From the NCBI GenBank assembly GCA_964016885.1, contig OZ024740.1, positions 334,428,001-334,492,000 on the forward strand: a stretch of 64,000 nucleotides of DNA, written 5' to 3'. A model generated the notes under the pieces. It saw only the letters and a program-made list of their open reading frames with translations. It ran no database searches and had not been told where the DNA came from. Below, in pieces: positions 34,030 through 47,449 of the stretch. The first letter of the stretch is position 1; each line of letters opens with the position of its first letter. This DNA comes from Eledone cirrhosa. Lineage: Eukaryota. Position numbers and translations under genes: made by a program.

Positions 34030-37000
34030 CTTTGAGTCTCAGTCATTGATGTTAGTAAACTGGAAAGTTTGTTGAAATTAATATCAAGTCACTACCTGCA
34101 GCCTCAGATATTCAGGACGTATCGGAGGGTTCTTGCTGTTCCCAGCAAGCATGCCTTTTGAAGTGTTCCAAAAAGCGGGGCGGGGCCAACTTTCTTTAAC
34201 CATCCCTGGAAACTTTTTGAGATAGTACCTAGTGCGCCTATGACAATCGGGACCACTTTGACTTCATGGCAGTTCCAAATCCTTTTTACCTCCCACTTTA
34301 AGTCCTGGTATCGTTTAATTTTCTCCCTCTCCTTCTCTTGCACTCTCGTGTCGAATGGGCAGGCCACATCCACAATCAGGCACGATCTTTTTTCCTTGTC
34401 CAAAACCACCAGGTCAGGTCTATTGTGTTCAAGTTTCTTATCCGTCTGTACCCTAAAATCCCATAGCACCTTCACCTGATCGTTTTCTATCACCGACTCT
34501 GGCTTATGCTCATACCTCTTCTCAGAATGTGGTAAATTGTTTACTTTGCATAGGTGCCAGTGGATTACCCTGCCCATCACATCATGTCTCCAGCCTTTAT
34601 AGTGAGTCTGGGCTAGGTGCTTACACTCGGATACAATGTGAGCCAGAGTCTCCTCTCTCCCTCCACAGATCCTGCACAGTGGGCTAGCCTCCTCCTTGTA
34701 AATATGGTGTTTCAGCCACTTCGTTTTGAGGGCCAGCTCTTGCGCTGCCATTAGCATTCCTTCTGTAGCCTTTCTAAGATCTCCTCTTTTCAACCAGTTC
34801 CATGTCTGTGGATCTCTGAATTCAGTTTTCTCAAAGAAGGTACTATGAAGGGATTTTTCATGAAGGCTGCTCTTTCTCCTCGTTGTTATTTCCTCCTTGG
34901 ACATCCCCTGGTCTATTGTCCTCTCCTTCAGTACAATCCTGAGCATTGGCTCCTTACAATCAGTCACGTATTTGTGTAGCTTCTTTTTCTCCATCTGAAC
35001 ACACTCCTCTATGCTGATAAGACCTCTTCCACCCCAAGAGCAGCCTTCATGAAAAATCTTTAAGTAGAGTCTATCGACATCACTTCTCTTGTAGAACATG
35101 TTGTAGATAGTCAATAGCTTCCTAGTCTTCCTATCCATTTCTTTTTGTTCAGCAACATTCCATCTCAGAATTCCCGCACTGTACCTAATAATAGACACAG
35201 CTCGGGAATTTACTGCACTTATGGCATTCCTACTGTTCAGCTGTGACTTTAATAGGCTCCTTATTCTCCGAATGTATTCAGATCTTATCAATTCCTTCAT
35301 TTGTTTGTTCTTGATGTCATCAGCCTCCAGAACACCCAAATACTTGTATCCTTCTTCAGTGTCAATTTCCTTTATCATCTCACCTGTTGGTACCTGGTTT
35401 CCGTTGCTTCTGCTCAATTTACCTACCAATTACTTACTAATAACAAATTGCATACATATATCATTGCTGAAAATACGGACAGTGTCAACAAGCACATCCA
35501 ACTCCTTCTCACTCCTCCCGAAGAGCTTAAGATCGTCCATAAAGAGGAGGTGATTGATGGTAAGCTCTCCCTTTCCCAACTTGTATCCTGTTCTCACCTT
35601 TCGCAGTATAATGGTCAGGGGCATCAGGGCAAGGACAAACAACAGAGGGGACAGACTATATCCTTGGAAGATACCTCTCTTGATCTTCACGCTTCCCAAG
35701 GATTCTCCAGCTGATTTTAACACTGCTTTCCAGGACTTCATACTTTTTCTGAACAACTGTCTGATTTTATCTGCCACCTTGAAGATATCTAGACTTTTGG
35801 TGATCCAAGAATGAGGCACCATGTCAAATGCTTTTTTGTAGTCTATCCATCTCATGGCAAGATCAGTGTGTCTCCTCTTGCAATTCCTCATTACCATCTT
35901 ATCAATAAGTAACTAGTCCTTTGTACCACGGGACTTCTTTGGGTATCCTTTCTGTTCGTCCGGTAACAGGTTGTTTGTGTGGAGGTGATGGTAGATTTCC
36001 TCAGACACAATGTTTGTCAACAGTTTCCACATCACGGTCATAGGTCTATAGTTGGTAACATCATTACCCTTGATTCGGTCTTTCATTACCAGAACTGTGG
36101 TACCTTTTGTCAACCACTCTGGTACCCCACCTGACATCAAGCAATCATTGAACATGGTTGTCAGTTTCGAATGGAGGGATATTATATTTTTAATCCTGCA
36201 CAACATCTGAGCCTGGTGATTTCCATTTGGTTTGTTTTTCGGAGTTTTTAAGAGTTTCAACTGTGATACTCAAATCAGTTTGTTGGTGTGCCTGATCACT
36301 AATCTCCTTTTGTACTGTCTCAATCCACACTGCCTGGTCATTATGTTTAACATCCTGCTCCCATATTCCTCTCCAGAATGTCTTAGTTTGTTCCGCCTCA
36401 GGGATCGAGTCGTTGCTCTTTCTTTCCCTTCAAGCTGTCCAAACAACATCTTCTGGTTGTTGTCAAACATGCGGTTCTGTCTATACTGACTGACTCTGCT
36501 CTCGTATCGCCTAATTTTTGCACTCTTTGCTACAATGCGTTGCTTCAGTTCCTCTATGATAATATTTAGCTTTTTCCTCCTAGTTTTGTACTTTATTTCC
36601 AGTCTATTTTTAGCGTCTATGTTTTTTAGTGTCCCATTCAGTAGGTACTCAAGCTTTCCAATGTCATTTCTCATTTCCCTGGTTTGACGATTCAGTCGTT
36701 TCTTCCACCAAGGTTCTGATCTTTCTTGTTTGTTGTTTCCCCTCGCTTTTATGCCGAGTAATTTCCTCACCGCATTTGCTGTTTCTTTGAGGATATTGTT
36801 GCACTGGTGAAGGCTCCTCGCATCAAGGAATGGGATGACTTTATTTTCCTTAACTGTTGTTTCTTTTAACTTTTTCCTGTCTACAAATCTTAGGTTCATA
36901 GGTTTCCCACTATCATTGTTCATTTCATCTACCACTAAATTTAGGATATCAACCAAATCTTGTCCTAGCCCGTCAGCATTCATCTCCTCAATGGCCGTAT

Positions 37001-38100
37001 CTTTGTTCCAGGTATTATTTATTTCAGCCTTCAGATCATTGTCTGCTTCGGATTGTTCCTCCGTTCTCTCAACCTCTTCACCTTCCTTTCCCACTGGCTC
37101 GTTTGCCTGGCATACTCCACCCTCCATTTCCAACTTAATCTCTCTGCTCAGTTCCTCCAGTTCCAGCTCGCTTATCCACCCATTAGTTCTTATTACCCGA
37201 GCCTGCCCGGCCAATTTTTGTTCATCTAATCTAAATAGACCAATCTCGTTCCAGATGTTATGCATCCGTTTCCTATAGCCTTTCTCCTTGGGGTTACTCT
37301 TCAGGTAACGTTGCATAACAGTTTTATTCAATTATTTCGTCCAGTTGGATCTGGTCCCTTTCCTGCTTCTTCTTCCTCCAACACCAGCAGTATTTGGTTG
37401 ACAACCAGGTCCCTGCTGCTGAGCCGGGGAGCACCTGCTGGGTGAGAGTCTGTCACATGACATTCCAGTCTCCACTTCAGCGTTATTCGAACTGTTTAGG
37501 TTCGACATTTAAACACTCTTATCGAGGATTGGTGAATGTATGGTTACATAACCACCGGAGATTTCATCACCTCCGGTGATTTCATCATGCCCGGGGATTT
37601 TAGTGTGGGGCTATCACGCTGTAGACGAACATAAATAAACAAACAAATAGGTACCCCCCCCCCCCAAAAAAAAAAGAATAAGCATAAGTTTCATTGTAAT
37701 ATAATATTTGAATGTCTGACTTAGTTTTTTTCTTTCTTGTCTGTCTGTCTGTTTGTTTTTTCTTTTTTTTCTTTTCTTTACGTTTTTCGTTGCTGCTGTG
37801 CTGTTTTGATTTTTATGTTTTATTTTTTTATTTTTTTTATTTTTTGACCGGGTCATCAAATCAGTCTATTTATATCTTTTGATGCCTTCCTCTTTTAATG
37901 GGAATACTACGATGCCTGTCTTAGCAGGAGGTAGTGGGAGTGAATAACGGCGGTAGCGATAATGAGAGAGTAGTGGTGGTGCTGAGCTAGTAGTACTTAG
38001 CAGGAGGTAGTGGGAGAGAATAGCGGCGGTAGCGATAATGAGGCTGTGGTGGTGGTGATGTGATCGTAGTACTGTAGTGATGGTGTTGAAGTTGAAGTAG
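34030..38100 (-). pseudogene. Decayed family A copy A4 (older subfamily, closer to A1)
   Basis: ORF pieces 34104-35429, 35430-35897, 35913-36260 and 36270-37331 are collinear with family A. It shares diagnostic residues with A1 (e.g. HKPESVIENDQV, CQANEPVG) and has a partial 5' UTR. Confidence 0.93.
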
Positions 38101-38108
38101 AAATAGAA

Positions 38109-38380
38109 GCCTCGGATATTGAGGACATATCGGTGGGTTCTTGCTGTTCCCAGCAAGCATGCCTTTTGAAGTGTTCCAAAAGAGGGGGCTGGACTAATGT
38201 TCTTTAACCATCCTTGAAAACCCTTTGAGATAGTACCAAGTCCTCCTATGACAATCGGGACAACCTTGATCTCATGACAGTTCCATATCCTTTTTAACGA
38301 CTACTTTAAATCCAGGTATCGGTTAATTTTCCTCTTCTCCTTTTCTTGCACGCTTGTGTCAAAGGGGCACGCTACGTCTA
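38109..38380 (-). pseudogene. Diverged fragment of a family A-like ORF C-terminus (RLE domain)
   Basis: The minus strand encodes DVACPFD and ACLLGTARTHRYVLNI-like motifs. Confidence 0.8.
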
Positions 38381-38384
38381 GGCT

Positions 38385-39822
38385 GAGAAGCTGGATCGCA
38401 GCAATGCTCAGCGACAACAGCTCGTTGGTCAAAGTTAATGGCCACCTCACGGAACCGTTTCATTTTTCCCGATCGTTCCAGCAAGGGTGCCCTCTCTCTC
38501 TTCCCTTATGTACCTATTGACGCTTCAGCCTTTACTGCGGAAGCTGGAGCTGTTGCAAGGCATCCAGCTCGAACCTGGGCGCGGGAAGTCTGTGTCGGCT
38601 TATGCGGACAACATCACCGTGATGATGTCGGAAACCTATCAATATGAAAGGATGACGGGAGTGAAACCTAACACGAAAAAGTTGGTGGGCTTGCAGCGCG
38701 GCGCCTGGAGAGGCAAGTCCATACCATCGTTGGGTGCTGGACGGACGGACCGCTAAAGTTGCTCGAGGTTTGGTTAAGAATTGTAACGAGGTGGATAAGA
38801 ATTGTAACGAGGTGACGAGTAAGGTGGCCAGGCTCACCCAGAAATAGTCTGCGAGGAAGCTATCACCGAATGTCGGGCGGAGGTGTCGAATGCGTACATC
38901 GCACCCGTCATCTGCGGCATCTCCAGATATTCTGCCTAAACGGTGAACAGGTGTGGTCAATGTTTATCAGACGGGCCTTTCCACTGCTCGCCTCTCTTGC
39001 TGAGCTGCAGTCCTGGGTCAAAAAGAGACCAAGACTAGATGACTGACATCTGGAATGTTGCCAGGCACTCGCTGCCCTCTACCAGGCGGGCAATGCGGTC
39101 AGTGGAACTTCCACTCTCGGGTGTTATAAAGGATTAGTGGTCGGCAAGTGCGACGAAGGACTCGGAGAGGTTCTGGAGACCGAGGAAGACGAACTGACCA
39201 GTCTGGAACAGACTGGTCAGTTCGTCTGTTCTGCAGGCACTCGTTCAAAGTTTGCGCATTACTTACTTGTGGTGTTATGTCGAACAGCTGTTGTCGCATG
39301 TAGAACGGATCCGGTTATCGGCCGAGTCCATAGTGAATGTCGCCCGCTGCCTTCCTTTGGCCAGGAAGAACAGGCAATAGTCATCTGTCTGGTGGCAGTT
39401 GCGAAAGAAGATGGTGGACCAGGTTGAAAAGAATGAAGACAGACTCTTTTATCTTCGGCCTATCCCTCATCAACTTCTTCAAGTTTAACTTGGAAAGGAA
39501 GGTGAAGATGGAGAGAGAAGTGCTGCCTTCAGTACATTTGCTAAAAGGTGGATTAATGGGGCGGGAATGGCTCGAGTTAGTGGGCCTACTCTGACCATGT
39601 GCATATAGGGTGGTTAATTTGAGGAGGAGAAGGGTGCCCATCCTGGGTGCCCTGGATGTGTCGGGAGGTTCAGGTTCGGTGGGGTACCTGAGTCGCTCCT
39701 TATTGTTCATCCCTTCCCCATTGCGGAATTTATTTTGTTATGCGTATACATATTATATTTTTCATTGTTAGATTGGTTTTTCCATTGTGCACTTTTACTC
39801 GAGCTTATTGTAAACTCCCATT
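38385..39822 (+). pseudogene. Old decayed Tx1 ORF2 3' half and 3' UTR
   Basis: SVSAYADNITV and FFKFNLERKVKMEREVL are homologous to the T1 ORF2 C-terminal half. Confidence 0.85.
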
Positions 39823-40299
39823 GTAACGCAGTGAGCTGGGTAATGTAGTGCTATGTGAAGCACTTATTAGCTACTACTGTGTTTGGTTTTTCAAACCCGC
39901 CCCTCTATTTTCTGCGAAAGTTAAGTAAGTGAACAAAGATATTGTGTCCGCTATACGGAAGGTGGTAGCTTAGAAAGGAACAGCCAAAATTCAAAAAGCC
40001 ATGATGGCAGCAGCATCAACAACCAAAACCTATCACGTAGAAATGAAGCGATCTTTCATGGTCAGCCAATATTTCCCACAAATTCTAGAAGTAAATCGAA
40101 ACGTAAAACTGGTAAGGATCGGAGATGTAACTACTCATCCAAACAAATCAAGAAAAGATTGATGCCATGCCGGAAAAGATAGACTAGGCAGACGTCAAAC
40201 ACCTTCCTGCGGCCGTAAAAACACATCTGAAGTCTTTCTGCATTCAACAAACCAAGAAGCAAACTCGAACCCTTCTCCTGCCTACGCTAAATAAAATAT

Positions 40300-41330
40300 A
40301 TGCAGTAAACCAAACACCGGGGGACACAATACGTTCCAGAAGCTTACCAACGTCATCAACAGCAGCAGCTACAACAGTAGCCAGTGCTGGAGCACCATCT
40401 GCCACGCTATAACAAACACCACTACAAGCAAAAACGCCACAGGAGGAACACATATCCTCATTGGATTGACACACAAGGTCATGTATAGTCAAGGGCTAGG
40501 AATGGCAAAATTTTATTAAACAGAAAAGAAAGAATGAGAAAATCTGCCTCCCAAAAAGACAACCCAGAAAAACACATTACAAACAGGACGAACAGCACTA
40601 ACACAAATACAATCCTCCAGAGTACAATCTTATCCCTCATCACCCTCACAACAAATGCCTGCAGCAACACCACCAACACCAACTCCACAACCAACACACA
40701 ACAGACAATAACAACAGCATCCCAATCATAACCAAGCCTTTACCATCAATAGCAACAGCAAGTACAAGAAAAAGACACAAACTCCACACACTATACAGCA
40801 ATAAACACAAACATCACAAGACTACTGAACTACATACACTACACTACAAATATCCACAGTAGCCACAAACATACACATCATACAAATAACACAAAACTCA
40901 TATACAATTTGGAATGTAAATTCACCGATGCAATTGTAGATTTTCGAGGGGCACACTCCAAAAGGATTTATACTGATATTCCAGTGCAGGATCTCACAAC
41001 TAGCCGGAAGCGTGGATCCACCACCCTTTCTCCAAAACAACTAAGGTAAGTGATTCTTCTCAATTTTTCCACCTTCGTATCGAACACTAACTCACTCAAG
41101 ATAGGTAGTATAAATGCACGTGTTCTGGGGTCAACCTGCAAGCAGGGTCTCCTGCACAACGACCTCAGATCATTGGATGTAGATCATTAGATACGCATAA
41201 GCCTTCACAGCCATTTTCAAGCGCTTCGAGGTGTACGCATCTCCAAGCTGTCTGGGATATGGAGGCGGAATCGCTGGCTTGTTTGTAAACAGCTTGCATC
41301 TTCCTTCCAAAACTGGTCATCTTGTGATGA
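40300..41330 (+). pseudogene. Old decayed Tx1 ORF1 end, spacer and ORF2 start
   Basis: 41045-41300 (ggtaagtg...ctcactcaagataggtagtataaatgcacg...gcaagcaggg...caacgacctcagatcattgg) matches 25795-26070 and is preceded by a CA-rich ORF1-like tract. The left boundary is uncertain. Confidence 0.7.
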
Positions 41331-42122
41331 AAACAGCCACGAAGTATTTCTCTATGATAAATATAATTCTGAATATCCAGTGTTAATTCACAAATATGTA
41401 ATTAGCAGCAACAAGAGCAAAGACGTGTACTTAGCAATCTGCTGAAACAATACACCCTCAAATTATAGCAATAAAAAACAACTATCACTACTACAGACAC
41501 GAGAGGAGTAGCGAACATGACCTCAACCTGACCAACAATAGAACAAGCAGCACAACCACAACCATTAGCATGTCAGCATGTAACAAGTCCAGCGCTGTCG
41601 TGAAAGAAACTAGAGTTGAAGAAGTTATAATAACCTCTGCCGCCAAAAATACTACGATAACAATAAGCTTATATTTTGAAAAATCCGTCAGAACGACAGA
41701 TGTGTCAAAATAACTGAAGAGAATTACCCCAGAGCCATTCAATTACTAACATGTGTCTGCTGAAATGTAGTCAAGTAGGTTTATGTTCTGAGAGACATAT
41801 AAACTATGACTGTTTTGTACTGTTATATAGGCACCAGCTCCAAGAAGCTCAAAAGAACCCAATGAGACCAAATTGAAACATGCCAATCTGAGTCGTAAAA
41901 TCCTTATCTCGAGGGAAAATGTTTGTCAAAGTTAGCTTCCTAAATGAGGAGACAATCCATTTTAAACGCCGGTCACTCACCGACAGTCCATTGCACTAAA
42001 TAAAAATACTAAGATAACAGGCGTAGTCCCAGGAAAAAAATGGTATTTGCTAGTGGCCACAGTCTTGGTAGGAATATTAAACGAAACATAGACACTAGGT
42101 TCATGCCTTGATGTAGGAGAGC

Positions 42123-42300
42123 ATGGAAGTCCAGAAAGTGAAGTTGCTGATCGAAACTGATCACGAGCGTGTGAAATCCATCCCCGTCCCCATTTTCCTC
42201 GTAGCTGGAATACAACTGTTCATGATTGTGGAAGATAGAATGCCGCGATGCCACCTCGGTGACGCCGACGCATTCTTTCTATCTGCGAAACAGGCACAAA
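42123..42300 (+). pseudogene. Decayed Tx1 ORF1 remnant
   Basis: VKLLIETDHERVKSIPVPIFLVAGIQLFMIVEDRMPRCHL aligns with T1 ORF1 IEMLIQTNQECIEAILDVIDFDNGTQLPISVEGKRPKCFR. Confidence 0.6.
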
Positions 42301-44440
42301 AGGCGAGAAAGGCACTGCTACCGACCCCTAGTATCAGCAGCCAGCATCGGCAAAACAACAGTAGTAAGACCAACGGATACAGACAACAGCATCAGCAACA
42401 TCATGGAAATATTCATCAGAAAGCTACAGCCACAATTCAATCCTCAACACATGCCACTCCACATTTCCGATCATTGGTTCACTTTGTATTGCAAAGGATA
42501 CGAGAATGTCGTGTAGAAAGTCGTTTCCAAGAAAGTGTAAGAAATTAAAAATGAATAAAACATAATCATCCTTGTCCATAAAAGGAAGAATTTGACACGA
42601 GAATATATTAGGCAAACATATAGAAAGTGTAAGCGTGTCTACAATAAAAAACAAACATCGCATTTCGTATATGGACATGCAACCTGCATAGAACAGGAAG
42701 AGATATATTAGGGTTTTTTAAAGTGTCATTACTGGCGAGTAAGGCCTAGAGAGACCTGCTTAGCATACTACTTGAAGGCCAGTTGACAGGGTTCACGGTA
42801 GGCTGTGGTGCAATCTCCAGGGAACAATGAGATTAGTATCAATAGCTTATAGCCAAGAAGTAGTAATAGAAAAGCCGGTTTATGCTTCGAAGAACTAATG
42901 TAGTTATCTTAGTTTTATCATATCCCGTAATGTAAAGAAGCGGTTTATATACAAGTGGCAATTTAACACAAACGAGAAAACAAACAGCATAATATTTATA
43001 ACTCAAGAAGATATAGTGACAGCCAGCAACGAATTATTGGCCAGAGAAATTACTCAGATGACGCCTGCTCTTATGGCAAATAATGCGCAAAAACTATAGT
43101 ATATTTTTGCTCGAATACAAACGTCAATATATAAATTTAATACCATATATTTACATTTGTTTAATTATATAAACAAAACGTTTGCATTTTAAAATGTTTA
43201 CAGTACGGGATATTGGGTGGGAAGTGACTTGATCTGAAATCATGCGTAGGAATGGTTACAATTACCGCATGGATGCGGCTTGTTCGAAATTAAACACGGT
43301 ACATATAACGTTACATACAATTTTATTTTTATTTTATAAGGATATAGTGTGACGAAACAGTTTTACTCTTTGTAGTACATAAACATTTTTAGGAAATGAA
43401 GTGAAAGCACATATTAACAGGATATATGGGTTTTCAAAAGTAATCTCGATATCTTATGGTAATTTCATTATAGAATCTTCAAATGTATGTTATACATAAA
43501 TCACTGTCCATCTAATTGCATCTTAATGTGTTCTGCAGCGTGGTAATATTTCCATTAACAAATGTGTATCGCTTCGTAAAAGGAAATACATTCTTATCTC
43601 GATATCATATTATAACTGGTACAGGAGAATAAATAAAATGTATGAGTTTTTGTTGGGTCTACAGAGAAATATGTACATACATACTTATTGCAACAACTAT
43701 AACATAAAGGTTCCCGTATAATTATTGTAGACTATTTAATTGCTCTTCTCGTAAACACATGAATCTGAATGGTTTTCATATTTTTCTCTGCAAGTACAAC
43801 TAATATTCAATTATATTTCAAAGTGATGTTTTATATTTTATGTTTTTTTAAGTATTTATTTTCCTTTGAAAATTGAATTATCATGGGATATATCACATTA
43901 GTAAATATTGGAGATGTGATTAAAAATTGAAATCGGTTTTGGCATTTATTCAAAATATTTTGAATCAAGAGATTAGAATTTATATCGCCCTGTCTACATA
44001 AAAATATACATCAAAATTCCTCAATTGTTTAATTAATTACAGTTTCTATTGCTACATTTTATATTTTTCATCTGTTATTAACGTGGCATTGAATAAGAAA
44101 TATAACTAGTTAAACAATTTCCTTCTTTTTTTCTCACCATCTTCAATTCTAATAGTTTTATATGATGTGACATTTAGTCGTATATTTTCATATCTCCACA
44201 GATGAGTTATTTCACCGTCAAAGTTGAGATGTAATAGATAAATAATATAGAAACTGCGAGTAAATACTAAAATATTAAAACAATAAATACAAGCTCAATG
44301 AACTTCAATTAATATGATATTTTAGAATATTTAATCAGGCAAGGATTATTAATTTCAAACGTTTTTCTTTCTTTCGGCATGACACTTAGAGAAATTAAAT
44401 AATTGTCATTTCAACCGTCGTTGTATAATGGCCTTTAAAG

Positions 44441-44480
<40 letters not shown>

Positions 44481-44974
44481 CATGTGTGTGTGTTTACGCG
44501 TGTGTGTGTCCGTCTGTCCGTCTGTTCGTTTCCACCTCCTTTATTACCATCGTCTACACGTTTCTAATCCCCGTGTTAATATGGTGGAACGACAATCCTT
44601 GAAAAGTTGTTTCAACCTAAATTTGAAATATTGTTGTTGCATTCGGCCCGTTGAGGCAAACAATCCTTAGGATTTTAAAACAACAAAGAAATATATACGG
44701 ATTATCCCTAAATAAAAACATCATACATTAGAAGCACAGTATGTCCATTAGCTATGTAAACCTCGTATCCGAGATCTTCAGTAAATGTTATCTCTTCGAT
44801 AAATATATCGTGAAACGAGTTTTACACTTGCTACTAATGTCACTGATCGAGATTTAGTGACCGTTAATTCGTGTTAGCTTTGTATTCCTTGTGTATTTGT
44901 TTTTTGTTGATACAACATGACTTTGGAATAATTGTTCGCGATATAATGAATACATAAAAACAGTTTCCTACACT

Positions 44975-46760
44975 CAGAGATTATACATGACGGTGTGGTG
45001 ACTACAAAGTACATATATGTCACATTTGTACATATTCGCATTCGCTCTTAACATTTATACGATCTTGCATTGTAAGAAGTACGTCTGTATTTTTCGATTT
45101 TTCGAAACTTGAGGCATGTCATAGTTATTGGCAAATTCAGTTGAGAGATGAAGCAAAAGAGATATGTGTCATAAATACGACTAATATGGTCTACTAAGTA
45201 AACAGATTTCAGATGGGATTAAAGAATGTTTTCTGGGTTGTATAGAAAATACTATTGTCCACGTTCTTATGTTCAAACAATCAAAGATGATATACAAATT
45301 CAGGTCCAGTCGGGTCAAACTGAAGTGTAGAGGAAACGTCGAACGGGGAAAACTTAGATTTCATAAGGTTACGTTATATGCAGACATGTATTTTGAGGAA
45401 CCTGCCCATAGATGTTTTGGGTGTTAATTGATTTATATTACCTTTCAGATTCGACATGATATAGCTGATTTAGATCACTTTCTAAGGTTATCCAATGACT
45501 GCCGTAAGATCTTGGAGCTGTATGCTAACGTAGTTCAAATGCAGTAAGATGCAAGTGTAAACTGTGCTGAGGAGACAAGATAATTGTAGACCTTAGTAAA
45601 TTTAACGATATCCTAAACATAAGCCGTTATTTGAATCGTTGTCCTTGGAGGAATACTCGATTTTAACTTTTGACATTTCTCAAAATATTATTGCAGTAAT
45701 GCTAACTCCGTCTAATGAACGCTTCGCCTATATTGCACACACATATTCAGAAAGTGGAAAGCATTATTCCAGTAGAGAAAGATAGATTAATGGCTGCTTA
45801 ATCCGTGCGTGTTCAGTGCCTATGGTGTTTCTCAATTATTAAACAAAAAGGTATGTTTTAAACAGTGATCATAATACATAGTATCGTATATTCTCATAGT
45901 TAATAGGTGTATCGAATCTGAATTTTCAGAAGCTAGATCAACAGATCATTTTGTTATAAAAATTTCATTTCAAAATGTACTATCTACAGGGAAGCAGTAT
46001 TATTCGTATTGATGCGTTTACATGCTTATAAACAACAGCAGAACTTGTACTGTAGTGTGGGTTACTTCAATAAAAAAAACTATGACCAAGAACTGAATAC
46101 TTAGGGAGTTAGGGAAATATCTAGGAGTAGATACATGTAATGAAACAAGATTGAATAAATCCAATAGAATTGGAGAGTGCCTTTTTAGATCTAAATATAT
46201 TCTGATTGTCGACAATGGTCTCACTTGACCTGAACATGCTGTTCATTCAGAACATTTAGGTAGACGCAATTTAGCTGAAATATATAACAACTATATGGAA
46301 ATTCACCAAACACTCCCAAACTTTCTGTGTGGTTGGCTATGTATATCACGCGATGAGTGTTGCTTTGTTGAAAGATGTCAGGTTTACTAATACGAATAAT
46401 TTCATTGCGTCACGACGAACACAGATAAATGGCTTATCGGAAAGCTAAGGCTGAAAACCCATATTTATTACGCAAGTATTCAACAAATAGGTTCGTTGTT
46501 AAATGCCATTGATCTCGATATCATATATATTGAGTATGGGTTGCTCGCATAAAATTGAAATGCCCTTTTAATGAAGACACTCTCACAATATCGAGTTCTG
46601 GAATGTTTAGTTTATGACAATGAATAATAATCTGATCATTTCACTGAATGATTACGTGCATTGAAACACCCTCATACAAAATGTCATGAAAGGGAACAGC
46701 TTGAAGAATATAAAAGCGTGCTCTTAATACTATACTATTACATTCTCCAAAAGGTATTAA
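44975..46760 (+). pseudogene. Highly decayed Ty3/gypsy pol remnant (RT, RNase H, integrase order)
   Basis: Hand translation gives CGDYKV (~44993), FSKLEACHSYWQIQLRDEAKEICVINT (~45100), LGAV (~45511), HSEHLG (~46243), HIYYA (~46459) and LECLVYDN (~46598). Confidence 0.55.
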
Positions 46761-47394
46761 ATTATGTCGTGATGAATACATTAAATTCATCTTATATCGA
46801 ATTACAGACACAAGGTTTTCCTTATTGCACTGGTGAAATCTAAATAAACGTGCAAATGTGTCGTCAGAAACTAAAGTCGCACCCAATGACAGAGTAATTT
46901 CAGTATTTGTCTGAAGATTACTCCTCTGTTCATGTACGTAACTGGGGAATTCTATAGTAGACACATATGTTGTCCAGTAATGTTTTACTATTTAGCTTTC
47001 ATTTCTGTCTGAAGTGAATTACATTTCAATTATTTCTTGCTGTAAATGCCTGTTCAGATGGTGAAGTTTAATCATGTCTTATTGGACATCATAACAGCTG
47101 TTTACGTGACAATTACACATATAAGACATACAGTTATCACAAACGAAAATAAACACCGGCCTAATGATATATACACATGCCAAAATTTAGGTCTAGGTGT
47201 TTACACTAATCATATTGAATATTCCTCAGACAAAGAAACAATAGATACATCAATACCAATTTGCCCTGAATGTGAAGCTACAATGATCTAGAAGCATCGT
47301 TGATCTTTTAATAATGTTAATGTATTAGATAATTTGCAAGGAACTGAGACGAAAATACGAAACAAAGATAAACAATAACGTACCAGTGTGTCCG

Positions 47395-47447
<53 letters not shown>

Positions 47448-47449
<2 letters not shown>

